The notes beneath the pieces were generated by a model. That model made no database searches, was not told the DNA's origin, and was given only the letters and a program-made list of their open reading frames with translations. From an uncultured Clostridia bacterium (GTDB taxonomy: Bacteria > Bacillota > Clostridia > Oscillospirales > Acutalibacteraceae), in the NCBI GenBank assembly GCA_946182865.1, contig CAMHAV010000002.1, forward strand, positions 744 to 64,743: a stretch of DNA of 64,000 nucleotides, written 5' to 3'. Positions 9,366 to 17,805 of this stretch are shown in pieces. The position numbers and the translations under genes are program-made. Position 1 is the first letter of the stretch; every line of letters begins with the position of its first letter.

Positions 9366-9659
9366 TATATATTAAAAGACGGCGACAAAATCAAACGCAT
9401 TTTTGACATCTGGGAGGAGATCAGACAGGACGGCTTGGAGGATGGCAGGCAGAGCGTCCGTGACCAGATCATTGAGGCCAAAACCGAAACCGCCAAAGCC
9501 AAAGCAATGATCAAGCAACAGGTGGAAAGAAAAGCCGAAGCGATGAGAACGGCGCTTCGGCTGCTTATGGACGGAATTTCGATTTTTAAAATCGCCCAAT
9601 ACACCGGCCTGAGCGTACAAGAAGTAAGGGAACTGCATGAAATTGTTTTTGGAAGATAA
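9348..9659 (+). pseudogene. possible C-terminal fragment of an Rpn/PD-(D/E)XK putative-transposase family protein
   Basis: The charged coiled region ends in GISIFKIAQYTGLSVQEVRELHE, resembling the C-terminal HTH-like tail of Rpn/TIGR01784-type proteins. There is no nuclease core, and the region is AT-rich. Confidence 0.35.
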
Positions 9660-9795
9660 TACAACATGTATTATGCAAAATTCATTGACCTGTTCTTTGC
9701 ATGAGGAAAGAGCAGGCAACAGTAAAAGGAAGACAGGTTTTTTTCCGTTTCCTGCCTTCCTTTTTACTGTGGTTGAATATGCCGGATGGCGTCGC

Positions 9796-10296
9796 TTACT
9801 TCAGCAGCACTCTGACAATCTCTCCGATATACACCAGATGATAGTCCTGCTGCGCGTAAAAAGTCTTGTCAATATCGGGTAACAGCATGTTTTCCGGCTT
9901 GATCTCTCCGACATACAGCTTTTTGCAGATGAATACCGCATCGGCTTCCGCAAAGCAGGGAGCCTCAAATTCGTGGCAGAGCGTCAGACCGGATTTGGCA
10001 ATTTTATCCTCGCTGCGTCCGCTCATAATGCCGCAATAGGTGAGTTTGTCGCGGAGGTGAGAGGGGAGGAAGCTCAGAGAAAAATATTCCTGCGCGTCCA
10101 AAAACTCACGCGTGTAGCGTTGGGGGCGAATGTAGCAGGTGACGGTGTCCTTGTTCCAGAGAACACCCGCGCCGCCCCAGCTGGCAGTCATGGTATTGGC
10201 TTTGGTTTCGTCTCCTGCGGTGACGAGCATCCACTGTTCACCGATGGCCTTGAAGGGGTTGAATTTGAGTTCGTGGGAATTGACTTGTCTGAACAT
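9796..10296 (-). CDS. flavin reductase-like (FMN-binding split-barrel) protein
   Basis: FKAIGEQWMLVTAGD...NTMTASWGG is typical of flavin reductase domain proteins. Confidence 0.75.
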   Translation of the reverse strand: MFRQVNSHELKFNPFKAIGEQWMLVTAGDETKANTMTASWGGAGVLWNKDTVTCYIRPQRYTREFLDAQEYFSLSFLPSHLRDKLTYCGIMSGRSEDKIAKSGLTLCHEFEAPCFAEADAVFICKKLYVGEIKPENMLLPDIDKTFYAQQDYHLVYIGEIVRVLLK

Positions 10297-10374
10297 GATG
10301 ATAACCTACCTTTCTATTGTGTTATTTTATGAATGAACAGAAACAGATATACCTTTTTTGTGAAGCAAACAAAA

Positions 10375-10414
10375 CGTTCCGTTACCGTGCGGAAAAAACC
10401 ACGGCGACGGAACG
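10375..10414 (-). terminator. intrinsic terminator downstream of the lipoprotein gene
   Basis: A 15-position stem (10375-10389 with 10400-10414; 13 Watson-Crick pairs plus 1 wobble) followed on the minus strand by TTTTGTTTG. Confidence 0.65.
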
Positions 10415-10428
10415 CTGTTTGCGAAGCA

Positions 10429-11481
10429 TTAATAATAGCTGTTGGGAATCGAAAGTTCACTGAAATCGCGGGACGAGGAACCGAATTTTTCAAACGCCTT
10501 GTCATTGAACACAACGCTCTCGTTTTTTTCGCTATAGACCTGTAATTCTTTGACGAAGTCCTCATACTTATATTCGATCAGAAGGCTGTCACGATTTTCA
10601 TCGTCGATGAGACTGCTTGTATCAAGTTTGGCCTTTTGTATCAGCGCAATCGCGGAATCTGTTACCAGCATGGTGAACTGGCCGGTTTTCAGCGACATAA
10701 TTTTTTCCCCATCCTCGCTATCTGTATCAAAGCGGGAGGTTGAGTTGGTGTATCCGCCTTTGTAGCTAGTGGCGTTTTTGTTGAATTCCTCGCATTTTTT
10801 AGCAAAGTCAAGTTTGCCCTTTTCCGCTTTGGCCTGAATGTCCTTATATTCTTTTGTCAATGCTTCTTTTTCCTTGTCAGTCATTGCCGTGCCGTCATCG
10901 TTGTAAAAATATTGTTGGATAAAATTAATAGAGGCGTAGTTTGCCTTGATGTATTCCTTGAGTTCGTCATCCTTGATAGACTCGGTGCCGTCTTTGCCAT
11001 ATTTGGCGGTGAAGAGCTTGGATTTACGGGCGAGGTCTTTGTAATACTCCTCGATGGAGCTTTGTGCAATACCGTTTTTTTCAAAGACGTCCTTGTCCGT
11101 GTCGTAAGTGGATTGGGCGCTTTCCGCTGCGCTGCTGATTTCCTCGTCGGTCAGTTCAATGTTATAGTCCTTGGCCATGAGGCAGGCGCCGACATAGGAT
11201 TTTACCGCTTTTTTAGCCTCCTTGTCAAGGTATTCGGTGGCCTTGCTGTCGCTTTCCGAGACAGTAACGGTTTGTTCACTGAGTTTTTCGGAGGAGGAGA
11301 GCAATCCGTTTTGGACAGCGTTGCGATAAACGGAAGCCTGATTGTAGATATAGAGTCCTATAGGGACGGTGGTATCTTTGCCGATTTTCGCCGCCCAACT
11401 CAGGTTGCTCCCGCAGGAAGCAAGGGAAAGCACGACGGAAGCGGCAGCGATGACTGTCGCAGCTCTTTTTATGAGTTTCAT
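10429..11481 (-). CDS. lipoprotein, function unknown
   Basis: Start trimmed to MKLIKRAATVIAAASVVLSLASCGS, which gives a lipobox (LASC). The mature part is acidic and Lys-rich. The 28-codon upstream extension in the ORF track lacks support. Confidence 0.6.
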   Translation of the reverse strand: MKLIKRAATVIAAASVVLSLASCGSNLSWAAKIGKDTTVPIGLYIYNQASVYRNAVQNGLLSSSEKLSEQTVTVSESDSKATEYLDKEAKKAVKSYVGACLMAKDYNIELTDEEISSAAESAQSTYDTDKDVFEKNGIAQSSIEEYYKDLARKSKLFTAKYGKDGTESIKDDELKEYIKANYASINFIQQYFYNDDGTAMTDKEKEALTKEYKDIQAKAEKGKLDFAKKCEEFNKNATSYKGGYTNSTSRFDTDSEDGEKIMSLKTGQFTMLVTDSAIALIQKAKLDTSSLIDDENRDSLLIEYKYEDFVKELQVYSEKNESVVFNDKAFEKFGSSSRDFSELSIPNSYY

Positions 11482-11665
11482 AAAGCGATCATACCCTTCA
11501 ATTGAATTAATTGAAATCCATCTTATCAATGTGATCTCATTACGCCAATCTGTTTCAGTTGACATACACTAAATAATATTATATCCGTTTCAAACGAATT
11601 TGTCTACATATTTTCGAGAATATTCATGTTATTTTAACGAATTGTCCTCCATATCATATACAAAC

Positions 11666-13792
11666 TCAGGAACCTGTGTTAGTCAGACCTGCGTCGAAAA
11701 TATGCCGATAATAATCCAATTCGAGAATTTGCAAAGAATAGGTACTTTTTGCGGCCACTATTTTTTTCATCGCCTTGATATATTCGTCCAATTCGGCCTG
11801 TGTCATCGTGCAGTTTTGATTCGGCTCAAAATACTTCATGCTGGCAATATACGTGCCCTGTGTGCTGATCCATGACCAACCGTTGACCTTGACAAGGGCA
11901 AAATGTTCTCCGTCACAAAGGATATCGCTCCCCATCATCAGGCGTGAATCATATTCGAGGTCAAAGAGATTGGAGAGTGTGGGGAGAATGTCGATGGTGG
12001 AGCAGGGGGTGTCTATTACAATCGGTTCTTCCATGGAAGCAGACCACAGGATGAAGCTGTTTCTGTAAAGATCCAGGTTGTTCCGAATGCCGTTTTCGGG
12101 TAAACCGTACAGCTTGGACAGCCCTGTCGTGGTGAGGGCATAGGGATAATGGTCGGCCGCCAGAGCGAAGACGGTGTTTTCAAGGACACCGCATTGCTCC
12201 AGTTCTCTCACCAACGTTTCCAGCATCAGTTCCAGCTCATACTGACAGGCGATATAGGCTTGGACATCTTCCGGATAATGTGCATATTTTTCCGGGACAT
12301 CCTGATAATGCATATAGGACATCCGGTTGGCTGTGAAGGAATAATTGGCATGTCCGCTGACACTCATGTAATAGGCGTGGAATTTTGGGGCATTTTTATA
12401 ATTGTCTACGGTAATTTCCGCCAGTTCTTTATCCGAACGCGGCCAGCAGGCCTTCATTTCAAGGCCGTTGCCAATGCCCTGATAGTCGTAGCCAAAATTG
12501 GGATGAGATTTGTCGCGGCCGTAGTAAGTGTATGTATGATTATGATAAGCGACGGTTTTATAGCCGAGTCGGGAGAACTGGTTGCCCAAAGCGAAGGGCT
12601 GATAGGTGTTGCCGCTCATTTCCAGACAATTGGCGGTGGTGTAGAAATTACCGGTGATGTTGGAATACTCGCCGGAAGCCGTGCTGCCTCCCCAGGTGGA
12701 ATTATAGAAATTTTGAAAAACAAATCCTTCCGTAGCCATTTTGTAAAGTGTGGGAGTAAGTTCAGGGTCAATCACTTTGGAACAAAATGCCTCGGCCGTA
12801 ATGAAGATCAGGTTTTTATCCTTAAAATAACCGGTGTACCGATTCTTTTTGGTAGGCGTAATCTGTGAGAAATACTCATCCATATTTTTTAAATAATAAT
12901 TATTGGTAGTGTCCGCCGCTTTTGCAAAATCAAAATCCATTTTGTGCCAGCCGTATTCTTTTGGCTGCTCCTCAACGTCGCTGACAGCTTTTTGGTCGGA
13001 ACCGGATACACGGGCAAGATCGTTGATATCAATGAAATCCACTTTTTCAATGGGCGCACCGAAAATCAATTGCTTGATATCAAGACGGGTTGTGTTGAGT
13101 ATGCCGTAATTGCGGTAGGCCTGTTCCAAATCCTTCTGCATATATACATAGCCGTAATAGGGAGAGGCAGTGTCCTCTATGCCATATTCTTTGAGATGCC
13201 ATAGTGTGCCCGTGTAACAGCCTGCGCCAAAAACCAGACAGACAGCAGCGCAGAAGAGACTGCGTTTCTGCGCGTCACGGGTCAGTTTTTTTCCGAATAC
13301 ACATACGCCGATAAGGGGAAGGAAAAAGGCAAGGATAAGGTACCACACGCCGAAAGCCGCCACGGAGGCTTCTTTCCAGAATTCTGTAACATCCTTGGCC
13401 TGCCCCAACGTGTGCCACGAAAAGTAAGAGTGAAAATTGTTCTGATAGCTCATATGAAACGAAAACAGTATGGCTGCCGCGGCAAGCACAACTATATGAA
13501 AGATTCTGCGGCCCTTTCCGTTGAAAAGAAATGCCGTTCCGCTGGCCAGACATCCCATTGCCAGTGTCAGGGGAAACAGGAACCCGAAGTTTTCATCTAT
13601 TAATTTGCCAAAAATGTGGAGTTTGGCGAGGATTTCCATGATAAGAAAGGAAAGCGGGAGATAAAGAAAGTCCATCACTTGGCTGACAGTGCTTCTGTTT
13701 TTCATACGATCGAAAAGAGAAGCAGCTTTTTGGGGACGCGCCTGTGTATTGGCTGCTTTTTTCCGAATTGGCTGTTGGTTCATATCAATCAC
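11666..13792 (-). CDS. LTA-synthase/sulfatase-family membrane protein (LtaS-like)
   Basis: N-terminal multi-TM block followed by an extracellular sulfatase-like domain; the size and layout fit the LtaS family. Confidence 0.7.
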   Translation of the reverse strand: MIDMNQQPIRKKAANTQARPQKAASLFDRMKNRSTVSQVMDFLYLPLSFLIMEILAKLHIFGKLIDENFGFLFPLTLAMGCLASGTAFLFNGKGRRIFHIVVLAAAAILFSFHMSYQNNFHSYFSWHTLGQAKDVTEFWKEASVAAFGVWYLILAFFLPLIGVCVFGKKLTRDAQKRSLFCAAVCLVFGAGCYTGTLWHLKEYGIEDTASPYYGYVYMQKDLEQAYRNYGILNTTRLDIKQLIFGAPIEKVDFIDINDLARVSGSDQKAVSDVEEQPKEYGWHKMDFDFAKAADTTNNYYLKNMDEYFSQITPTKKNRYTGYFKDKNLIFITAEAFCSKVIDPELTPTLYKMATEGFVFQNFYNSTWGGSTASGEYSNITGNFYTTANCLEMSGNTYQPFALGNQFSRLGYKTVAYHNHTYTYYGRDKSHPNFGYDYQGIGNGLEMKACWPRSDKELAEITVDNYKNAPKFHAYYMSVSGHANYSFTANRMSYMHYQDVPEKYAHYPEDVQAYIACQYELELMLETLVRELEQCGVLENTVFALAADHYPYALTTTGLSKLYGLPENGIRNNLDLYRNSFILWSASMEEPIVIDTPCSTIDILPTLSNLFDLEYDSRLMMGSDILCDGEHFALVKVNGWSWISTQGTYIASMKYFEPNQNCTMTQAELDEYIKAMKKIVAAKSTYSLQILELDYYRHIFDAGLTNTGS

Positions 13793-13952
13793 CCTTTGTC
13801 ATTTGTTCACGATGTTTCTGTACGGTCAGAGCTATACAAAACAGATAACGCATTCTATTATAGCAGAAGCAACCGGAAAAAGCAAATAAATTCATGGAAA
13901 TATTGTGGCATCAGAATAACCTCCCTGGTTGCCGACCTTCCTGGTGATAAAA

Positions 13953-13998
13953 AAACAGTGACTTCACAAAGTTTCATAACTTCACGTTGTCACTGTTT
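13953..13998 (-). terminator. intrinsic terminator
   Basis: AAACAGTGAC (13953-13962) pairs perfectly with GTCACTGTTT (13989-13998). A run of seven T follows on the minus strand. Confidence 0.6.
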
Positions 13999-14062
13999 TA
14001 TGCTGTTGTTTTGGGCGACTGTTCTGTTCTCTTTTCGGGGATGTCAGTCTCCTTATTGCTGA

Positions 14063-14536
14063 TTAAAATCCCGTTCCAAAATTAGAAACCGTGTATTCGC
14101 CATCCTCACCGTATTTTAAAATGCCGCAGTTGGATTTATTGCGCACCCACTGGCCGTCCACTTCTCCGGTGGCCGCTGTGAATTCGATGGGATCCACGCC
14201 GTCGGCGATCTTTAATTCATAGACGATGGCAAACACAATGTCGTTGTCGTTCAGATCGTAATCGGCGAGTGTACTGTCTGCCGCGATATCGTCGGCCGTA
14301 TAGACCTTAACGCTGGTGGTTTTAAAATCTTCAATCTTATCCTCATTGGAATCTCTGATGTAAAGTTCAACCACCTCGCTGACGATGTCGGCGTCGCTTT
14401 GTGTCACCGACTGCGATTCAGTGGACTGGGGTTTGTCGTCAGATTTGGCGTCCTTGCCGCAGGCGCAGAGTGAAACGGTCATGGCGGCCGCCAAAGCGAT
14501 TGCGGCAAACTTTTTTACGTTTCTCATAATCAACAT
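14063..14536 (-). CDS. small lipoprotein, function unknown
   Basis: KKFAAIALAAAMTVSLCACG lipobox, and its own consensus promoter. Confidence 0.6.
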   Translation of the reverse strand: MLIMRNVKKFAAIALAAAMTVSLCACGKDAKSDDKPQSTESQSVTQSDADIVSEVVELYIRDSNEDKIEDFKTTSVKVYTADDIAADSTLADYDLNDNDIVFAIVYELKIADGVDPIEFTAATGEVDGQWVRNKSNCGILKYGEDGEYTVSNFGTGF

Positions 14537-14604
14537 CTCTTTTCTTTCAGTTTTATTTTATAATACCATGTGTAGAACAGGACAGAAACTGCCCTCTTTA
14601 CATT

Positions 14605-14633
14605 ATTATAACAACGAATGAAAAAAATGTCAA
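14605..14633 (-). promoter_or_regulatory. sigma-A type promoter (TTGACA, 17 nt, TATAAT) on minus strand
   Basis: The reverse complement reads TTGACA (14628-14633), a 17-nt spacer, and TATAAT (14605-14610). Confidence 0.6.
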
Positions 14634-14680
14634 GAACATTCCATCATTTTTACCAATTTTCGCATAAAATAGGAGGCTGT

Positions 14681-14962
14681 TTATTCTTTTTGCAGAATAT
14701 CCTCGATGATCTGCTGAATGTGGGTGATCTGGCGCTCGGTCAGCCCCGTGGTTTCGATGTACCGCCTGTCGTCCAGTCCGAGAAGGTAGTCCGTGCTGAC
14801 GGAGAAATAGCGGGAGATTTTCAGAAGCAATTCTACAGAAGGTACGATATTTCCGTTTTCCCAATTGGAAACGGTCTGCTTTGTCACATGCAGTTCTTTG
14901 GCCAACTGTACTTGGCTCAATCCTCTCTCAAGTCGTAATTGTCTCACAATTTCCTCAAACAT
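14681..14962 (-). CDS. XRE-family helix-turn-helix transcriptional regulator
   Basis: LSQVQLAKELHVTKQTVSNWENGN...STDYLLG. Confidence 0.85.
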   Translation of the reverse strand: MFEEIVRQLRLERGLSQVQLAKELHVTKQTVSNWENGNIVPSVELLLKISRYFSVSTDYLLGLDDRRYIETTGLTERQITHIQQIIEDILQKE

Positions 14963-14982
14963 ACCGCTTCCCCTTTTAAAAA

Positions 14983-15018
14983 AGTACAGTATTGCAATAA
15001 AAGTACATTATTGCAATA
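14983..15018. promoter_or_regulatory. two direct 17-nt repeats, each containing the palindrome TATTGCAATA (candidate operator)
   Basis: AGTACAGTATTGCAATA at 14983-14999 and AGTACATTATTGCAATA at 15002-15018, located 21-56 nt upstream of the XRE start codon. Confidence 0.5.
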
Positions 15019-15088
15019 CTATTATATAAATAATAATTGACTTTTCTGTCATACTATAGTATCTTATTATTTTATTATTCAAAATAAA

Positions 15089-15146
15089 CCCCCCGCCCGC
15101 ACAGGCAGCTTCTTGCCAGAAGCTTTCCCGTGTGGACGGGGTTTTT
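15089..15146. terminator. extended hairpin terminator
   Basis: The outer stem CCCCGCCCGCACAGG / CCCGTGTGGACGGGG (two mismatches, one wobble) encloses an inner AGCTTCT/AGAAGCT stem. T-rich tracts flank it on both strands. Confidence 0.6.
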
Positions 15147-15157
15147 GCAATTAAAAA

Positions 15158-15586
15158 TTATTCGTTTTCCGACTGGTATCGCAGGAAATTCTGAATTTCC
15201 GCTTTGACTTCGGGTTCCACGTCCTCGCGGTCAAGCGCGGCTTTCATCAAATCCAGCATCGCTTGGCGTGACGCTTTGTCTGTTTCGGCGTTGAGTACGC
15301 GATTGAGCGCCCATGCCGTATGCGCAGCCGGACGGCGCGCAAAGGAGGCGAGCAGCAGGGGGACATATGTCTGACGGTCGAATGCCTCGACAAAATGCAG
15401 CATACTGCCAGGCATACCGAAATCGCTGACCGGGTGGCGTTCATAAATGCCTAACAGCGGGGCAATGGCTTCGCTGCCAACGCCCGCCGCCTTCAGCGCG
15501 TCAACGCATTCCTCCTGCACAAAATCGAAATGGTCAGTATCCACCGCCGCTTCGATGCGGGCAATGATGTCATGCAACGTATCCAT
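15158..15586 (-). CDS. hypothetical helical protein
   Basis: A 142-aa ORF 21 nt downstream of glyA on the same strand. I recognise no family. Confidence 0.5.
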   Translation of the reverse strand: MDTLHDIIARIEAAVDTDHFDFVQEECVDALKAAGVGSEAIAPLLGIYERHPVSDFGMPGSMLHFVEAFDRQTYVPLLLASFARRPAAHTAWALNRVLNAETDKASRQAMLDLMKAALDREDVEPEVKAEIQNFLRYQSENE

Positions 15587-15607
15587 TGTTGGCTGCCTCC
15601 CAAAAAA

Positions 15608-16861
15608 TTACTGATAGAGGGGATAGGCTTCGAGCAGTTCGGTGACGCCCGCGCGGATCGCGTCGGCGCTGCCCTCGAAATCGGTGATGGCGAGGGAGAT
15701 GTATTCCGCGATCTTCTTCATGTCTTTCTCGACCAGACCGCGGGTGGTGACAGCGGGGGTGCCGAGACGCACGCCGCTGGTGACGAACGGGCTGAGGGGT
15801 TCGTTGGGAATGGTGTTCTTGTTGGCGGTGATATACACTTCGTCCAGACGGTGCTCAAGTTCCTTGCCGGTGATGTCGGTGTCGCGCAGGTCAAGCAGAA
15901 TAAGGTGGTTGTCGGTGCCGCCGGAGACCATCTTCACGCCGCGCGCGTCGAATTCCTCCGCCATGGCCGCAGCGTTCAGGACGATCTGCTTGCCGTAGGT
16001 CTTGAATTCGGGCTTGAGGGCTTCACCCAGGCAAACGGCTTTGGCTGCGATGGTGTGCATGAGCGGGCCGCCCTGTGTGCCGGGGAAGATCGCCTTGTCG
16101 ATGGCCTTGGCATACTCCTCACGGCAGAGGATCATGCCGCCGCGGGGGCCGCGAAGGGTCTTGTGGGTGGTGGTGGTGACGATGTCGGCGTACTCGACGG
16201 GATTCTGATGAACGCCCGCCGCGACCAGACCGGCAATGTGCGCCATATCGACCATAAGGTATGCGCCGACTTCCTTGGCGATTTCGCTGAACTTGGCGAA
16301 GTCAATGGCTCTGGGATAGGCGCTCGCTCCCGCGACGATCATCTTGGGCTTGACCTGCATGGCGGTCTCATAGAGCTTGTCATAATCAATGCGTCCGGTC
16401 TCGCCGTCCACACCGTATGCGACGAAGTTGAAATATTTGCCCGACATGTTGACGGGTGAACCGTGGGTCAGATGGCCGCCCTCCGCGAGGTTCATGCCCA
16501 TCACGGTGTCGCCGGGATTGAGCAGCGCGAAGTAAACGGCGGTGTTGGCCTGTGCGCCGGAATGGGGCTGCACATTGGCATGCTCCGCGCCGAACAGCTC
16601 GCAGGCTCTCTGACGGGCGATGTCCTCCACCACGTCAACGCACTGACAGCCGCCGTAATATCTCTTGCCGGGATAGCCCTCGGCGTATTTGTTGGTGAGC
16701 ACGCTGCCCATAGCCGCCATCACAGCGGGGGAAACAAGGTTCTCGGAAGCGATGAGTTCAAGGTTTCTTCTCTGTCTGGCCAGTTCGTCGCCCATGGCGG
16801 CGGCCACGTCGCTGTCGTAGGCTTTCAGGAATTCGATGGAATCAAGCATATCTGCGTACAT
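15608..16861 (-). CDS. glyA: serine hydroxymethyltransferase
   Basis: [35 protein letters not shown] and the PLP-lysine motif [14 protein letters not shown]. Start trimmed to MYADMLDS. Confidence 0.95.
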   Translation of the reverse strand: MYADMLDSIEFLKAYDSDVAAAMGDELARQRRNLELIASENLVSPAVMAAMGSVLTNKYAEGYPGKRYYGGCQCVDVVEDIARQRACELFGAEHANVQPHSGAQANTAVYFALLNPGDTVMGMNLAEGGHLTHGSPVNMSGKYFNFVAYGVDGETGRIDYDKLYETAMQVKPKMIVAGASAYPRAIDFAKFSEIAKEVGAYLMVDMAHIAGLVAAGVHQNPVEYADIVTTTTHKTLRGPRGGMILCREEYAKAIDKAIFPGTQGGPLMHTIAAKAVCLGEALKPEFKTYGKQIVLNAAAMAEEFDARGVKMVSGGTDNHLILLDLRDTDITGKELEHRLDEVYITANKNTIPNEPLSPFVTSGVRLGTPAVTTRGLVEKDMKKIAEYISLAITDFEGSADAIRAGVTELLEAYPLYQ

Positions 16862-16986
16862 AGGTTTTACTTCCTTTCGGGGTGAATGTTGGAAATTTTG
16901 CGAATGCAATAACGAATTGATTATAACAAATCTTGCCGCCGCTTGCAATACATTTTCTATGAATTTTCAGATTTCTTTCCGTTCTT

Positions 16987-17748
16987 TTAAAATCCCCACG
17001 CGGCGTTGAATGCCGCTGCCTTAATCGCAGGCATTTCGGACATGACCGCGACGGTGGCCGTCACGCAATAGACCGCGCGCGCACCCGCGTCCAGCAGAGT
17101 CTCGGCGCATTCGTTGAGCGTGCTGCCCGAAGTGGTTACGTCGTCGCACAGCAGCACCACGCAGCCCCGCACCGCCTCGGGACGCGCCACACGGTACACC
17201 CCGCGGATATTGCTTTGCCGCTCCTGAAAGGAGAGGGTGTGCTGCGGGCGGTTCTTGCGGTATTTCACCAGCACGTTGACGTAGTGCGGCACCTCGATCT
17301 CCTCCGCTACCGTCTTGGCGAGCAGCGTTGCCTGATTGTAGCCGCGGCGGCGGTAATCCTCCGCATACATCGGCACGCCGATCACGCAGTCGAAGTCGAT
17401 GCCGATATCAATGTACTCCGACAGCACAACATTCGCCATCAGTTTACCGAAATAGGTGCAGGAGGAAGGGGCGTTGTTGAATTTCATGCGGTGAATGCCC
17501 CGCTTGGCGGCTTTGGTGTAGACCAGCGGCGAAACGTTGCGCACAAAGGCAAAGTCTCCCCGGCGGCAGCTGCACGAATAGAGCGGCCGTCCGCAGATAC
17601 GGCAGATGGGACGGCGGATAAATTCCACGTCCTTGGAGCATTTGCTGCAAATGCGCTCGTTGCGGTTGATGACCGCTCCGCATAACGGACACCTGCGCGG
17701 AAAGAGCAGATCGCCCATATTTTCTTTTAACTCATCCAACATTCCCAT
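16987..17748 (-). CDS. comFC: ComF-family phosphoribosyltransferase-fold protein
   Basis: N-terminal Cys4 (CPLCG...CSKC) and the PRT motif VVLLCDDVTTSGSTL. Confidence 0.85.
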   Translation of the reverse strand: MGMLDELKENMGDLLFPRRCPLCGAVINRNERICSKCSKDVEFIRRPICRICGRPLYSCSCRRGDFAFVRNVSPLVYTKAAKRGIHRMKFNNAPSSCTYFGKLMANVVLSEYIDIGIDFDCVIGVPMYAEDYRRRGYNQATLLAKTVAEEIEVPHYVNVLVKYRKNRPQHTLSFQERQSNIRGVYRVARPEAVRGCVVLLCDDVTTSGSTLNECAETLLDAGARAVYCVTATVAVMSEMPAIKAAAFNAAWGF

Positions 17749-17770
17749 GGCAAAGGTTCCTTTCTTTTTT

Positions 17771-17805
17771 CATTTCACACTTCACATTTCACACTTCGCA
17801 TTTTT
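17771..17805. repeat. heptamer array, 5 units (CATTTCA CACTTCA CATTTCA CACTTCG CATTTTT)
   Basis: Read directly. This is the reverse complement of the AGTGTGA-type unit at 37919. It abuts the recD2 stop codon (17804-17806) and fills most of the spacer to comFC. Confidence 0.8.

Noticed and set aside
9720-9769. Imperfect hairpin CAGTAAAAGGAAGACAGG / CCTGCCTTCCTTTTTACTG as a terminator
   Set aside because: The stem is plausible, but neither strand has a clear downstream U-tract, so I did not list it as a feature. It may still act as a bidirectional stop between convergent ORFs.
16862-16948. N-terminal extensions in the ORF track (glyA to 16948, manA to 55105, helicase to 43001, pntAA from 28713, lipoprotein to 11565, DsbA-like to 63383, tautomerase to 63486)
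   Set aside because: Internal ATGs align with conserved family N-termini and/or have proper Shine-Dalgarno sequences. The extensions run through upstream spacers or neighbouring genes.
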